Assembly (NCBI GenBank): GCA_030038655.1
Contig: JASHSP010000118.1
Coordinates: 1 to 62,167, forward strand
Reading direction: 5' to 3'
Length of the DNA: 62,167 nt
Source of the DNA: Thermoplasmata archaeon
GTDB lineage: Archaea; Thermoplasmatota; Thermoplasmata; Lutacidiplasmatales; UBA184
Within the stretch, counting starts at the first letter, position 1. Every line of letters starts with the position of its first letter. Below are positions 18,970-26,744 of this stretch, in pieces. Under the pieces are notes generated by a model. That model saw only the letters and a list, made by a program, of their open reading frames with translations. It was not told the DNA's origin and made no database searches. Both the position numbers and the translations under genes were made by a program.

Positions 18970-19620
18970 CGGCCTTGTAGGTTAAGCCTCGTAGCGGTGG
19001 CCTTTCTCCTACAGTCCTCTTGAATCTCCTACAGCGCGGCTTTGGACCCGCCTGCCTCGCTAGAACTCTTGGGGGGGAATGAGGTCCTTGACGGTCTTCT
19101 GAAAGCTCTTGGTGTAGTACTCCTCCCAAAGCCGGCCTACCTCTCTCTCGGTGAGACCCAAGGCGTAAGCCGGTGACACCAGGGGAGCGATGCGCTCCAC
19201 CTTGACGAAAGCCACGGCCCGAATCCTGCCAGTATCTGCTCCCTCGGCACGGTACATCTCCATAGCCTTCGAGTAGTCTGGCCCTGAACGGAGCACCGTG
19301 CCGGTACCGCTGAACCGGTACCCCTTGCGAGTGTATGGATCGACCACATTTACCTCGGTCCTGGGGTTGGACTCGAGGTTCCGAATCGTGTTCGCTGAGT
19401 CTATATCCACCCAAACCAAGTGATCATCGCCCCAGACCCTAACCGACCCCTTGGGCGAAACGCGCGGCCAACCATCCGGCGAGATTGTGGCGATATACGC
19501 GAGTCGCTGCTCGGTCACCATACGTTTGACGTCCTTGGGTATGAGCGTCATGAGATTCTCTTACACCAAACCCGCCCGCCAGGTGATTTTCCCACAGCGG
19601 GGTTTTCTCCTACACAGCCG
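18970..19620. mobile_element. single-gene module bounded by CGGC...GCCG ends
   Basis: CGGCCTTGTAGG vs CCTACACAGCCG inverted (10/12); five TCTCCTACA-like direct boxes at 19005, 19025, 19557, 19588, 19606. Confidence 0.6.
19060..19551 (-). CDS. pyridoxamine 5'-phosphate oxidase-like flavin-binding protein
   Basis: YIATISPDGWPRVSPKGS, TIRNLESNPR, RKGYRFSGTG, SPAY. Confidence 0.9.
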   Translation of the reverse strand: MTLIPKDVKRMVTEQRLAYIATISPDGWPRVSPKGSVRVWGDDHLVWVDIDSANTIRNLESNPRTEVNVVDPYTRKGYRFSGTGTVLRSGPDYSKAMEMYRAEGADTGRIRAVAFVKVERIAPLVSPAYALGLTEREVGRLWEEYYTKSFQKTVKDLIPPQEF

Positions 19621-19669
19621 CACAGGGGCGAGAGGCCACCAGGGCGGTCTTTCGCCCTGCATATCACAT

Positions 19670-20518
19670 CTACGGCCGAATCTCGTACAGGTCATAGCTT
19701 GGCGCTGACCCTAACGAGGAGTCACCACCTCCACTCGACTTTGACGGTGCCAAGGACGGAAGCGCCTTGCCAAGTGCTGCGAGACCCAGTGCGTAGAACC
19801 TGGCGGGGTTCGATGGATCCCAAACCCCGACGAGCAGAGCTGACGCGCCGAAGACTAGGAAGAGCATGCTCTCCGTCCCGCGAGAGGAAAAACTGGAGTC
19901 GTCATCGCTTTTGAACGCTTCATCAGTGGAATGCACCGAAATGTACCCATCTTCGGCGAGGTCAATTACGCTCTTCGCGACAAAAGCTGCGCCAACGAGC
20001 GCGAGCATGACCCAGATTGGGTAGTTTGCGCCGCGAAGCAAGTTGAATGTTAGAAGCAATCCAGCAGCTGCCGATAGAAGCAACATTTGGCCATCAGCCA
20101 ATCCGTCTAGGAAGTGAGTGAGCCCGGTGCCGTAGGCCACCGGATCCTGAGAGTGCTCCATCTTCTGTGCGTCCGCAAGGAATGCATCGGGCGGAGAATC
20201 CGGGGTCTTGTCATTGGCTTCGGGCTTTGGTTCATGGCGCTGGGGCCATCGGATGAGCATGTCCCGAAGCTCGCGGCAAATCGATGGGGCAGACTTTCCT
20301 ACTGCAGCGACCACTATCCCAAAGATCGCGGCGTCTGAACTGTTCAGGACGCCAGCGATAGTGGCGACCAGACCACCGGCAGCCAGGGCGCCATCCTCAA
20401 TCGAGGCAATGAAGGCATTCTCAGCTGTCCGTCGGTCTATGTCCGTGTCAGGTCGTGGCTTCCTTGGGAGTAGTCTGCCGCGGAGGACGTGGGGCGGATT
20501 CTCGTCCGTAGCAGCCAT
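19670..20518 (-). CDS. membrane protein with three repeated TM hairpins (island cargo)
   Basis: Hydrophobic hairpins ending AVGKSAPSI, AFVAKSVIDL, ALGKALPSL; CAGGGCG...CGCCCTG hairpin just downstream (~19640-19658). Confidence 0.68.
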   Translation of the reverse strand: MAATDENPPHVLRGRLLPRKPRPDTDIDRRTAENAFIASIEDGALAAGGLVATIAGVLNSSDAAIFGIVVAAVGKSAPSICRELRDMLIRWPQRHEPKPEANDKTPDSPPDAFLADAQKMEHSQDPVAYGTGLTHFLDGLADGQMLLLSAAAGLLLTFNLLRGANYPIWVMLALVGAAFVAKSVIDLAEDGYISVHSTDEAFKSDDDSSFSSRGTESMLFLVFGASALLVGVWDPSNPARFYALGLAALGKALPSLAPSKSSGGGDSSLGSAPSYDLYEIRP

Positions 20519-20751
20519 TGGACCGCGTTCTCCTCTTCGGAATTCGCTTCGGCGTATTTAGGCTTGGAATACAATGATGATAAACCCGTCATCGAATCGG
20601 CACCCTGCGGCCGCTTTAGTACCCCGTCCTAGAGCATCCCATGAAGGGCTTGTGAGAAGTCCCGCTTCATCGCTAATCGGCGCTCGATTTCGTTCCCTTC
20701 TGCTTGGGGTATTATGCCCACCTCGAGTTCTCCTTCCGGTCGATTCCCGAT

Positions 20752-20816
20752 TAAAATCACAGGGGAACGAATAGAATCACAAGGCGCCTGATTCGCCGAC
20801 TAAAATCCCAAAGCCG
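20752..20816 (+). repeat. three-box end module, copy B
   Basis: TAAAATCACAG (20752), TAGAATCACAAGG (20772), TAAAATCCCAAAGCCG (20801); same 20/29 spacing as copy A. Confidence 0.85.
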
Positions 20817-20878
20817 TGCTACGCCGGCGCTTGGTGTAGCAACTGTATACTACAAGCGCGACAAGGTTGGGATGAAGG

Positions 20879-20886
20879 TATAAATA
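20879..20886 (+). promoter_or_regulatory. TATA box of the tfb paralogue
   Basis: TATAAATA preceded by purine-rich GAAGG, ~30 nt before the ATG. Confidence 0.75.
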
Positions 20887-20915
20887 CGCCCCCCGGTTAC
20901 GGAAGCGCAGAAGCT

Positions 20916-22007
20916 ATGAAGCCCAATGTCGCGGCCCCCGCGAGCGTCCGCTCCCGCACTCCCTCGAAGCCGGCTCCCAAGGCTACCTCCTTGTCGGGGG
21001 CCAAGCCCGCGCCGGCGGCCCCCACGTCGGACCTGTGTCCGAACTGCGGGTCTTCGCACCTCATCCGGGACGAGATCCGGGGCGAGATCGTGTGCGCCGA
21101 CTGCGGGCTCGTGGTCGACCAGAGCGCTCTCGTCAGCGACCGCGGCCAGCGGGGGTCGAAGGAGGATACCGGGCGCGAGGCTCGCGGTTGGGGTCCGGTC
21201 ATCTCGCCGCTCATGCCGGACAAGGGGCTGTTCAGCGAGATCGGGGTTCCGACCCGCGACTTCCAGGGGAACTCGCTGTCCCGCAACACCTCCCTCAAGT
21301 TCTACCATCTGCGGAAGCTCAACCACCGACTCCGTGCGGCCCGCACCCACCAGCGCAACCTCGTGGTCGCCCTGGGCGAGCTGAACCGGCTCGCCGGCGT
21401 GCTCGGGCTGTCGCGGGAAGTGAAGGAGTCGGCGACGTACATCTACCGCCGGGCCCTGGAGCACAAAGCGACCCGCGGCAAGAAGATCGTGGCGCTCGTC
21501 GCCGCCAGCGTCTACGCGGCGTGCCGGCAGTGCCACGTTCCGCGGACGATGAAGGAGATCATCGCCCACTCGAAGGCGACCAAGATCGAGGTGGGTCGCG
21601 CGTACACGCTCCTCGCCCGCGAGCTGAAGCTCGGACTCAAGCCGGTCGAGCCGCGCGACTACCTGGTCCGGTTCACGCAGGACCTGAATCTCTCCAAGGA
21701 GGTCCGGCAGAAGGTGCTCGAGCTGCTCGAGCAGGTGGAGCAGGTCTACTCTACCAGCGGGGTGCTGCCGAACGGCATCCTCGCGACCATCATCTACATC
21801 GCGTCGAACCTAATGGGGGAGCCGCGGAGTCAGGACCGGATCGCTGCGGTCGCGAACGTCACGCCGGTGACGATCCGCAACCACTACAAGGAGCTCCTCG
21901 ACCTCCTCGGGCTCCCGAAGAACCTCGCCAACCCCCAGGCCCGGGGAACGCTCCCCGCGGACACGGGGGAGAAGCTGGCGGCCGACGCGGCCGCCGCCGG
22001 CCACTGA
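20916..22007 (+). CDS. tfb: transcription initiation factor IIB (divergent paralogue)
   Basis: CPNC...GEIVCADCGLV Zn ribbon; RNLVVALGELNRL; AASVYAACR..PRTMKEI; VTPVTIRNHYKEL. Confidence 0.92.
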   Translation: MKPNVAAPASVRSRTPSKPAPKATSLSGAKPAPAAPTSDLCPNCGSSHLIRDEIRGEIVCADCGLVVDQSALVSDRGQRGSKEDTGREARGWGPVISPLMPDKGLFSEIGVPTRDFQGNSLSRNTSLKFYHLRKLNHRLRAARTHQRNLVVALGELNRLAGVLGLSREVKESATYIYRRALEHKATRGKKIVALVAASVYAACRQCHVPRTMKEIIAHSKATKIEVGRAYTLLARELKLGLKPVEPRDYLVRFTQDLNLSKEVRQKVLELLEQVEQVYSTSGVLPNGILATIIYIASNLMGEPRSQDRIAAVANVTPVTIRNHYKELLDLLGLPKNLANPQARGTLPADTGEKLAADAAAAGH

Positions 22008-22073
22008 GCCGACCCTCCGCCGCCGGGACCCGTCGCCCGGAAGGGAGATGAACCCGGGGCGGGCTCGCCGAAC

Positions 22074-23279
22074 GTGCCGGCCCCGTCCGCGCTCAGTTAC
22101 TCGTCGTACCGGACGTACCTCGAGTGTCCCCTGCGCTGGAAATACCTCTACGTAGAGCACCGTCCGGAGCTCCCGCGCGGGTACTTCACGTTCGGACGGG
22201 TGATCCACTCGGTCCTCGAGGAGATCGTCCGCCCGTTCGTCGTGCCGGCGCCGCGGCGGCCGGGATCCGGCGACGGGCAGAAGACCCTGGACGACTGGTC
22301 CGCGGGGTCGTTGGCGGCCACGCCGCCGCGCGCCCTGACGACCGAGGAGCTCCTGGCCGCGTACGACCGCGCCTGGTCGGGCGAAGGGTACTCGGGGCCC
22401 GACGAGGAAGGACGGTACCGGGCTCTGGGCCGCGACCTGCTCGTCCGGTTCCATGACCAGTTCGCCCGGCACCCGGTCGTCCCCGTGGCCGTCGAGGAGC
22501 ACCTGGAGGCCCGGTGGGACGGGATTCCCCTCCACGGTTACATCGATCGGATCGACCGAACCCCGACCGGGGGCCTGGAGATCGTCGACTACAAGACGTC
22601 GCGGGAGCTCTCCGCCGAGGACGCGCGGGACTCCGACCAGCTCAGCATCTACCAGGTCCTGGTCGAGAGCAACTACGCCGAACCGGTCGAGCGGCTGACG
22701 CTGCTCCATCTGCGCTCCCTCGTACCGCACCGCACCGCCGCCCGGACCCGGACCGCGCTCGACCCGCTGCACACGCGCCTCGGCGCGGTCGCGGACGGCA
22801 TCCGCGAGCAGGCGTTCGAACCCACCCCCGGCCGCCACTGCACCCGGTGCGATTTCCGGTCGATCTGCCCCGAGTTCCGGACGGTTCCACCGCCCGAGGA
22901 AGCACGGCTGGCCGCTCTGGTGGACCGGTTCGAGTCGTTGCGGGCGGACGAGCGCCGGCTCAACAGCGAGCTCGCCCGGGCCGCGGAGGAGCTGCATCAT
23001 GCGGCGGAGTCGCTGGGACTCCACCGGGTCCCCGGTACTCGGGCCGTGGCGATCCGGCGCCGGGAGGAGGCCTGGCAGTATTCCCTCGACTCCGTCCGGC
23101 CGCTCCTCAAGGCCGCGGGTGTCTCCGGGCGGCTCGGGCAGGAATCCTCGGACGATGTTCGCCGCCTCCTGAGGGACACCGAGGTGCCGGCGGAGATCCG
23201 CCGCAAGGTTGCGGAGACCGGGTCGCGGCGGGTGCGGTGGTACTGGGAGCTCGACACCGGGAGCGGCGACCCCCGCTGA
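22074..23279 (+). CDS. PD-(D/E)XK nuclease, RecB/AddB-like, with 4-Cys Fe-S staple
   Basis: LSYS..YLECP, FGRVIH, GYIDRID, IVDYKT, QLSIY, CTRCDFRSIC. Confidence 0.9.
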   Translation: MPAPSALSYSSYRTYLECPLRWKYLYVEHRPELPRGYFTFGRVIHSVLEEIVRPFVVPAPRRPGSGDGQKTLDDWSAGSLAATPPRALTTEELLAAYDRAWSGEGYSGPDEEGRYRALGRDLLVRFHDQFARHPVVPVAVEEHLEARWDGIPLHGYIDRIDRTPTGGLEIVDYKTSRELSAEDARDSDQLSIYQVLVESNYAEPVERLTLLHLRSLVPHRTAARTRTALDPLHTRLGAVADGIREQAFEPTPGRHCTRCDFRSICPEFRTVPPPEEARLAALVDRFESLRADERRLNSELARAAEELHHAAESLGLHRVPGTRAVAIRRREEAWQYSLDSVRPLLKAAGVSGRLGQESSDDVRRLLRDTEVPAEIRRKVAETGSRRVRWYWELDTGSGDPR

Positions 23280-23370
23280 ACGGCCCCGCCGGCCTCCGTC
23301 GGCCACGTCGGAGGTCTCGTCGACGTCGGATTCGCGCAAACGCTATGATACGGTCCCGGTACTCCCCTCT

Positions 23371-24438
23371 ATGGGGATTCCCCTCGCTTCCGAGGCGCGT
23401 CTCGCCTGCCTCCACGACCGGCTCCCGTCCGTCACCACCCTGTGCTCGCACTCGTCCCTCCAGATCTTCCACGGGGCACGGGCGGAGGGGCTCCCGACGC
23501 TCGGGATCTCGGTGGGGAAACCCCCGCGATTCTACGACGCGTTCCCCCGCGGGCGCCCGGACCGGTTCGTCTCGGTGCCCCGGGTGAAGGACCTCAGCGG
23601 GGCCGCCCGGACTCTCCGCGACGCGGGCGCGATCCTCGTGCCCCACGGGTCGTTCGTGGAGTACCTGGGGTCGGAGGCGTTCGGGGCGCTGGACGTTCCG
23701 GTCTTCGGCAATCGCGCCGTCCTGGGGTGGGAGTCCGACCGGCGCAAGGAACGCGAGTGGCTCGACTCCGCCGGCGTCCCGATGCCGAAACGGTACGACG
23801 ACGCCTCGGAGGTCGACGGGCCGGCGATCGTGAAGTACTACGGGGCGAAGGGCGGCAAGGGGTTCTTCCTCGCCAAGAACCGCGAGTCGCTCGCCGATTT
23901 CAAGCCGACCGGACCGTACGTGATCCAGGAGTACGTCCTCGGCACGCGCTACTACATGCACTTCTTCTACTCGCCCCTCTCCGACCGCGGTTACCGGGTC
24001 GGTCACGGCTCGTTGGAGCTGCTCGGCATGGATCGCCGGGACGAAGCGAACATCGACGAGCTCTACAAGATGGGCGCCCAGGAGGAGCTGCTGAAGGCGG
24101 GGATCCGGCCCACGTTCGTCGTCACGGGGAACGTGCCGGTCATCCTGCGCGAGTCGCTGCTGGAGAAGGCGTTCGACGTCGCGGCCCGCATCGTGGAGCG
24201 GTCGATCGAGCTGTTCGGCGGCATGGTCGGCCCGTTCTGCGTCGAGGGGATCATGACCGAGGAGCTCGAGTTCAAGGTCTTCGAGATCTCCACGCGGATC
24301 GTGGCGGGGACGAACCTGTTCATCGGCGGCAGCCCGTACTCTGACCTGGTCGAGCCCGGCCTCTCGACGGGGCGCCGGATCGCGAAGGAGATCCTGCGCG
24401 CCCGCTCCGAGGGACGGCTCGCCGAAGTACTCAGCTGA
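23371..24438 (+). CDS. purP: formate-dependent FAICAR synthetase PurP (ATP-grasp)
   Basis: SHSSLQIFHGARAEG, PHGSFVEY, GAKGGKGFF, FEISTRIVAGTN. Confidence 0.92.
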   Translation: MGIPLASEARLACLHDRLPSVTTLCSHSSLQIFHGARAEGLPTLGISVGKPPRFYDAFPRGRPDRFVSVPRVKDLSGAARTLRDAGAILVPHGSFVEYLGSEAFGALDVPVFGNRAVLGWESDRRKEREWLDSAGVPMPKRYDDASEVDGPAIVKYYGAKGGKGFFLAKNRESLADFKPTGPYVIQEYVLGTRYYMHFFYSPLSDRGYRVGHGSLELLGMDRRDEANIDELYKMGAQEELLKAGIRPTFVVTGNVPVILRESLLEKAFDVAARIVERSIELFGGMVGPFCVEGIMTEELEFKVFEISTRIVAGTNLFIGGSPYSDLVEPGLSTGRRIAKEILRARSEGRLAEVLS

Positions 24439-24502
24439 GGGCGCGCCGGCCGGCCCGGGCCGGACGCATTAAGAGCGCCGACCTTCTCCCCGTTCGATTT
24501 TC

Positions 24503-25465
24503 ATGTCGGCGGCGATCGTTGCGAAGGGGCTCGGGAAGGTCTACCCCGGCTCCCGCTCCGCCCTGCCGGCCCTCGCGGACCTCTCCCTCGAGGTCCCCTC
24601 GGGCGGGGTCTACGGGCTGATCGGTCGCAACGGCGCCGGGAAGACGACGTTCGTCCGGATCGCGGCCACCCAGCTCAACCCGACCTCAGGGGAGCTCCGG
24701 GTGCTGGGGTATGACGTCGAGGGCGAGGAACGCGCGATCCGGGCCCGCATCGCGTGCGTACCCCAGGAGTCCCGACCGCTCTACTTTCTCCGGGTGGAGG
24801 AGGTCATCTACACGTACCTCAAGATGCGGGGGCTGCCCCCGACCGACGCCCGGCGGCGGACCCACGACGTCCTCGAGGAACTCTCGCTCACGGAGTACCG
24901 GCGCCGGCTCGTCAGCCGGCTCTCGGGGGGCCTGCGGCGCCGCACGATCTGCGCGATGGTCCTCGCGTCCGACGCGGACGTTCTCTTCCTGGACGAGCCG
25001 ACGACCGGGCTCGACCCGCTCGCGCGACGCGAGGTCTGGGAGGCGATCCGGCGCGCCAGCCGGGAGAACCGGACGATCCTGCTGACGACCCACTATCTCG
25101 ACGAGGCCGAGGCGCTCTCCCGGCGGCTCGCGCTGGTCGAGCGGGGGCGCCTGATGCTCGAGGGGTCGCCGGCCGACCTGCGGGGACGCGTGCGGTACCC
25201 CTACCGCGTCACGGTGCAGGGGCGGCTCGGCCGGGCCGACCTCGAGCCGTACGGGAAGGTCTCGGACATCGAGGGCGGGTACCTCGTCTTCACGGGCGAG
25301 TCCGAGGCGCGGGAGCTCGCCCGGCGGGCGCTGGAGGTCGGGGCGCATCTCACGATCGGTCCCGTGAGCTTGGAGGACATCTTCCTGGACGTCGTCGGCC
25401 GCTCGATCGAGGAGGAGACGTCGCCGTCGACGGAGAGCGCCGAGGGCGAGGAGGCGGGCGCATGA
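24503..25465 (+). CDS. ABC transporter ATP-binding protein
   Basis: GRNGAGKTT, LSGG, FLDEPTTGLDP, TTHYLDEAE. Confidence 0.95.
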   Translation: MSAAIVAKGLGKVYPGSRSALPALADLSLEVPSGGVYGLIGRNGAGKTTFVRIAATQLNPTSGELRVLGYDVEGEERAIRARIACVPQESRPLYFLRVEEVIYTYLKMRGLPPTDARRRTHDVLEELSLTEYRRRLVSRLSGGLRRRTICAMVLASDADVLFLDEPTTGLDPLARREVWEAIRRASRENRTILLTTHYLDEAEALSRRLALVERGRLMLEGSPADLRGRVRYPYRVTVQGRLGRADLEPYGKVSDIEGGYLVFTGESEARELARRALEVGAHLTIGPVSLEDIFLDVVGRSIEEETSPSTESAEGEEAGA

Positions 25466-26208
25466 GCCAGCGGCACCGTCTCCGCTCGCTGTTCACCCTC
25501 GTGCTCGTGAACGGGGTGATCCCGATCCGGACGCAACCGCTCTACCTCGTCAACCTCCTCGCGTCCCCGCTCTCGTTCCTGTTCTTCATCTACGTCATCT
25601 CGCACGGGGCCCTCCTCGCGTTCGGTATCACCGGGGGCCTCGTGCTCACGATGCTGACGGCGGGGACCGGGCTCCAGTCGGACCTCACCCATTACCGGCA
25701 CGACATGAAGTTCCAGGACGTCGTCGTCGCCTCGCCGGTCGAGGCGCCCGTCTACGTGGTCGGGATGGCGTTCAGCGAGCTCGTCTACTCGCTCCCCGCG
25801 ATCGCCGTTTTCGTCTTCCTGTTCGTCGCGAAGGGGTACGCCTCGCTCGACAGCGCCCTGGTCGTGGGCGGCGTCCTGATCCTCGTCTGGGGGTTCGCCA
25901 CGGCCCTCGCGTTCACGCTCGCGACCTATTTCGAGGACGTGCGCGAGACGTTCATGTTCAGCCCGCTGATCTCGCTCATCCTCACCGTCCTGCCTCCGGT
26001 CTACTACCCGCTCGCCTACCTGCCGCGCTGGGCGCAGATCGTCGCCCGGTTCTCGCCCACGACCTACGCGGCAGCGCTCGTTCAGTGCTCGGTCGGCATC
26101 GCGCCCAGCGCGTGCGGCGCCTCCGTGCTCGACTGGGGCGTGCTCGGTGCGGTCACCGCGGCGCTCTTCCTCGTGGCCGCCTTCAAGGCACGCTGGAAGG
26201 ATGCGTAG
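25462..26208 (+). CDS. ABC-2 type permease
   Basis: Six TM segments, PVYYPL..LPRW..SPTTY; overlaps the ATPase stop (ATGA). Confidence 0.9.
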   Translation: MSQRHRLRSLFTLVLVNGVIPIRTQPLYLVNLLASPLSFLFFIYVISHGALLAFGITGGLVLTMLTAGTGLQSDLTHYRHDMKFQDVVVASPVEAPVYVVGMAFSELVYSLPAIAVFVFLFVAKGYASLDSALVVGGVLILVWGFATALAFTLATYFEDVRETFMFSPLISLILTVLPPVYYPLAYLPRWAQIVARFSPTTYAAALVQCSVGIAPSACGASVLDWGVLGAVTAALFLVAAFKARWKDA

Positions 26209-26281
26209 TAACCTCCGGGGCGCGTTCGCGCGGCCCGTCGCGCGAGCGCTTATGTACCGGGCTCATGGTGGCCCCACCCCG

Positions 26282-26521
26282 ATGCTTTCTTTCGCGGACC
26301 AGCGGAGTTTCGCGGCCTCCGACGAGCGTTTCGCGCGCTGTCTCTTCTGCGGCCGGGAAGTGGTCGTTCTTCCCGACGACCGCCGGCGGGGAGCGTGCTT
26401 CGACTGCCTCTCCCTCTCCGTGGCGCCCCCGAGCTCGTGCCCCGACTGCGGCGCGTCGATCCCGGGCGAGGAGCGCGGTCTCGGATGCCCGAACTGTCGC
26501 TGGTATCCGCTGCGCGATTGA
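26282..26521 (+). CDS. small double zinc-ribbon protein
   Basis: Four CxxC motifs (CLFC, CFDC, CPDC, CPNC) in 79 aa; TTATGTA ~30 nt upstream. Confidence 0.7.
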   Translation: MLSFADQRSFAASDERFARCLFCGREVVVLPDDRRRGACFDCLSLSVAPPSSCPDCGASIPGEERGLGCPNCRWYPLRD

Positions 26522-26580
26522 GCGCGCCGCGTCCTTCCGCTAAGCTTATCGGTCGCCGGGCCCCCGGCGGGGACGGGCGT

Positions 26581-26698
26581 GCCGAGGTGGCTCAGTCCGG
26601 TACGGCGCGAGCCTGGAAAGCTCGTGGCGGAATACGCCTCGGGAGTTCAAACGTCGGGGCCGGCCGTTCCGGCCCGGCGGAGATTCTCCCCCTCGGCG
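26581..26698 (+). tRNA. tRNA-Ser(GGA) with intron in the T-loop (~26652-26684)
   Basis: Acceptor GCCGAGG/CCTCGGC, G discriminator, anticodon arm CGAGC-CTGGAAA-GCTCG, long variable arm, T-stem GGGAG/CTCCC interrupted by a 33-nt hairpin; CCA not encoded. Confidence 0.9.
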
Positions 26699-26744
26699 CC
26701 GCCTCCCTCTCCGGTCCCGGTCGAGAGCGGAGGCCGTTCCGGCC

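Larger units (their letters stand above)
17526..20816. mobile_element. AT-richer, recombinase-less island / putative cassette array
   Basis: 19-bp imperfect terminal inverted repeats (17526-17544 vs 20798-20816, 17/19); flanking GCCGTGCT(C/A)CGC direct repeat (17515-17526, 20813-20824); visibly lower GC; all ORFs on the minus strand. Confidence 0.72.

Noticed and set aside
17614..20816. CRISPR array or classical integron attC sites in the island
   Set aside because: Boxes are 10-16 nt and degenerate with no regular repeat-spacer period; no RYYYAAC...GTTRRRY pairs recognised; no cas1/cas2 or intI in the window
17579..20863. Tn7-like ends (TGTCGC at 17579, GCGACA ending 20863)
   Set aside because: Only 6 bp, flanks CGTGG/AGGTT give no 5-bp duplication, and the box arrays are in direct rather than inverted orientation
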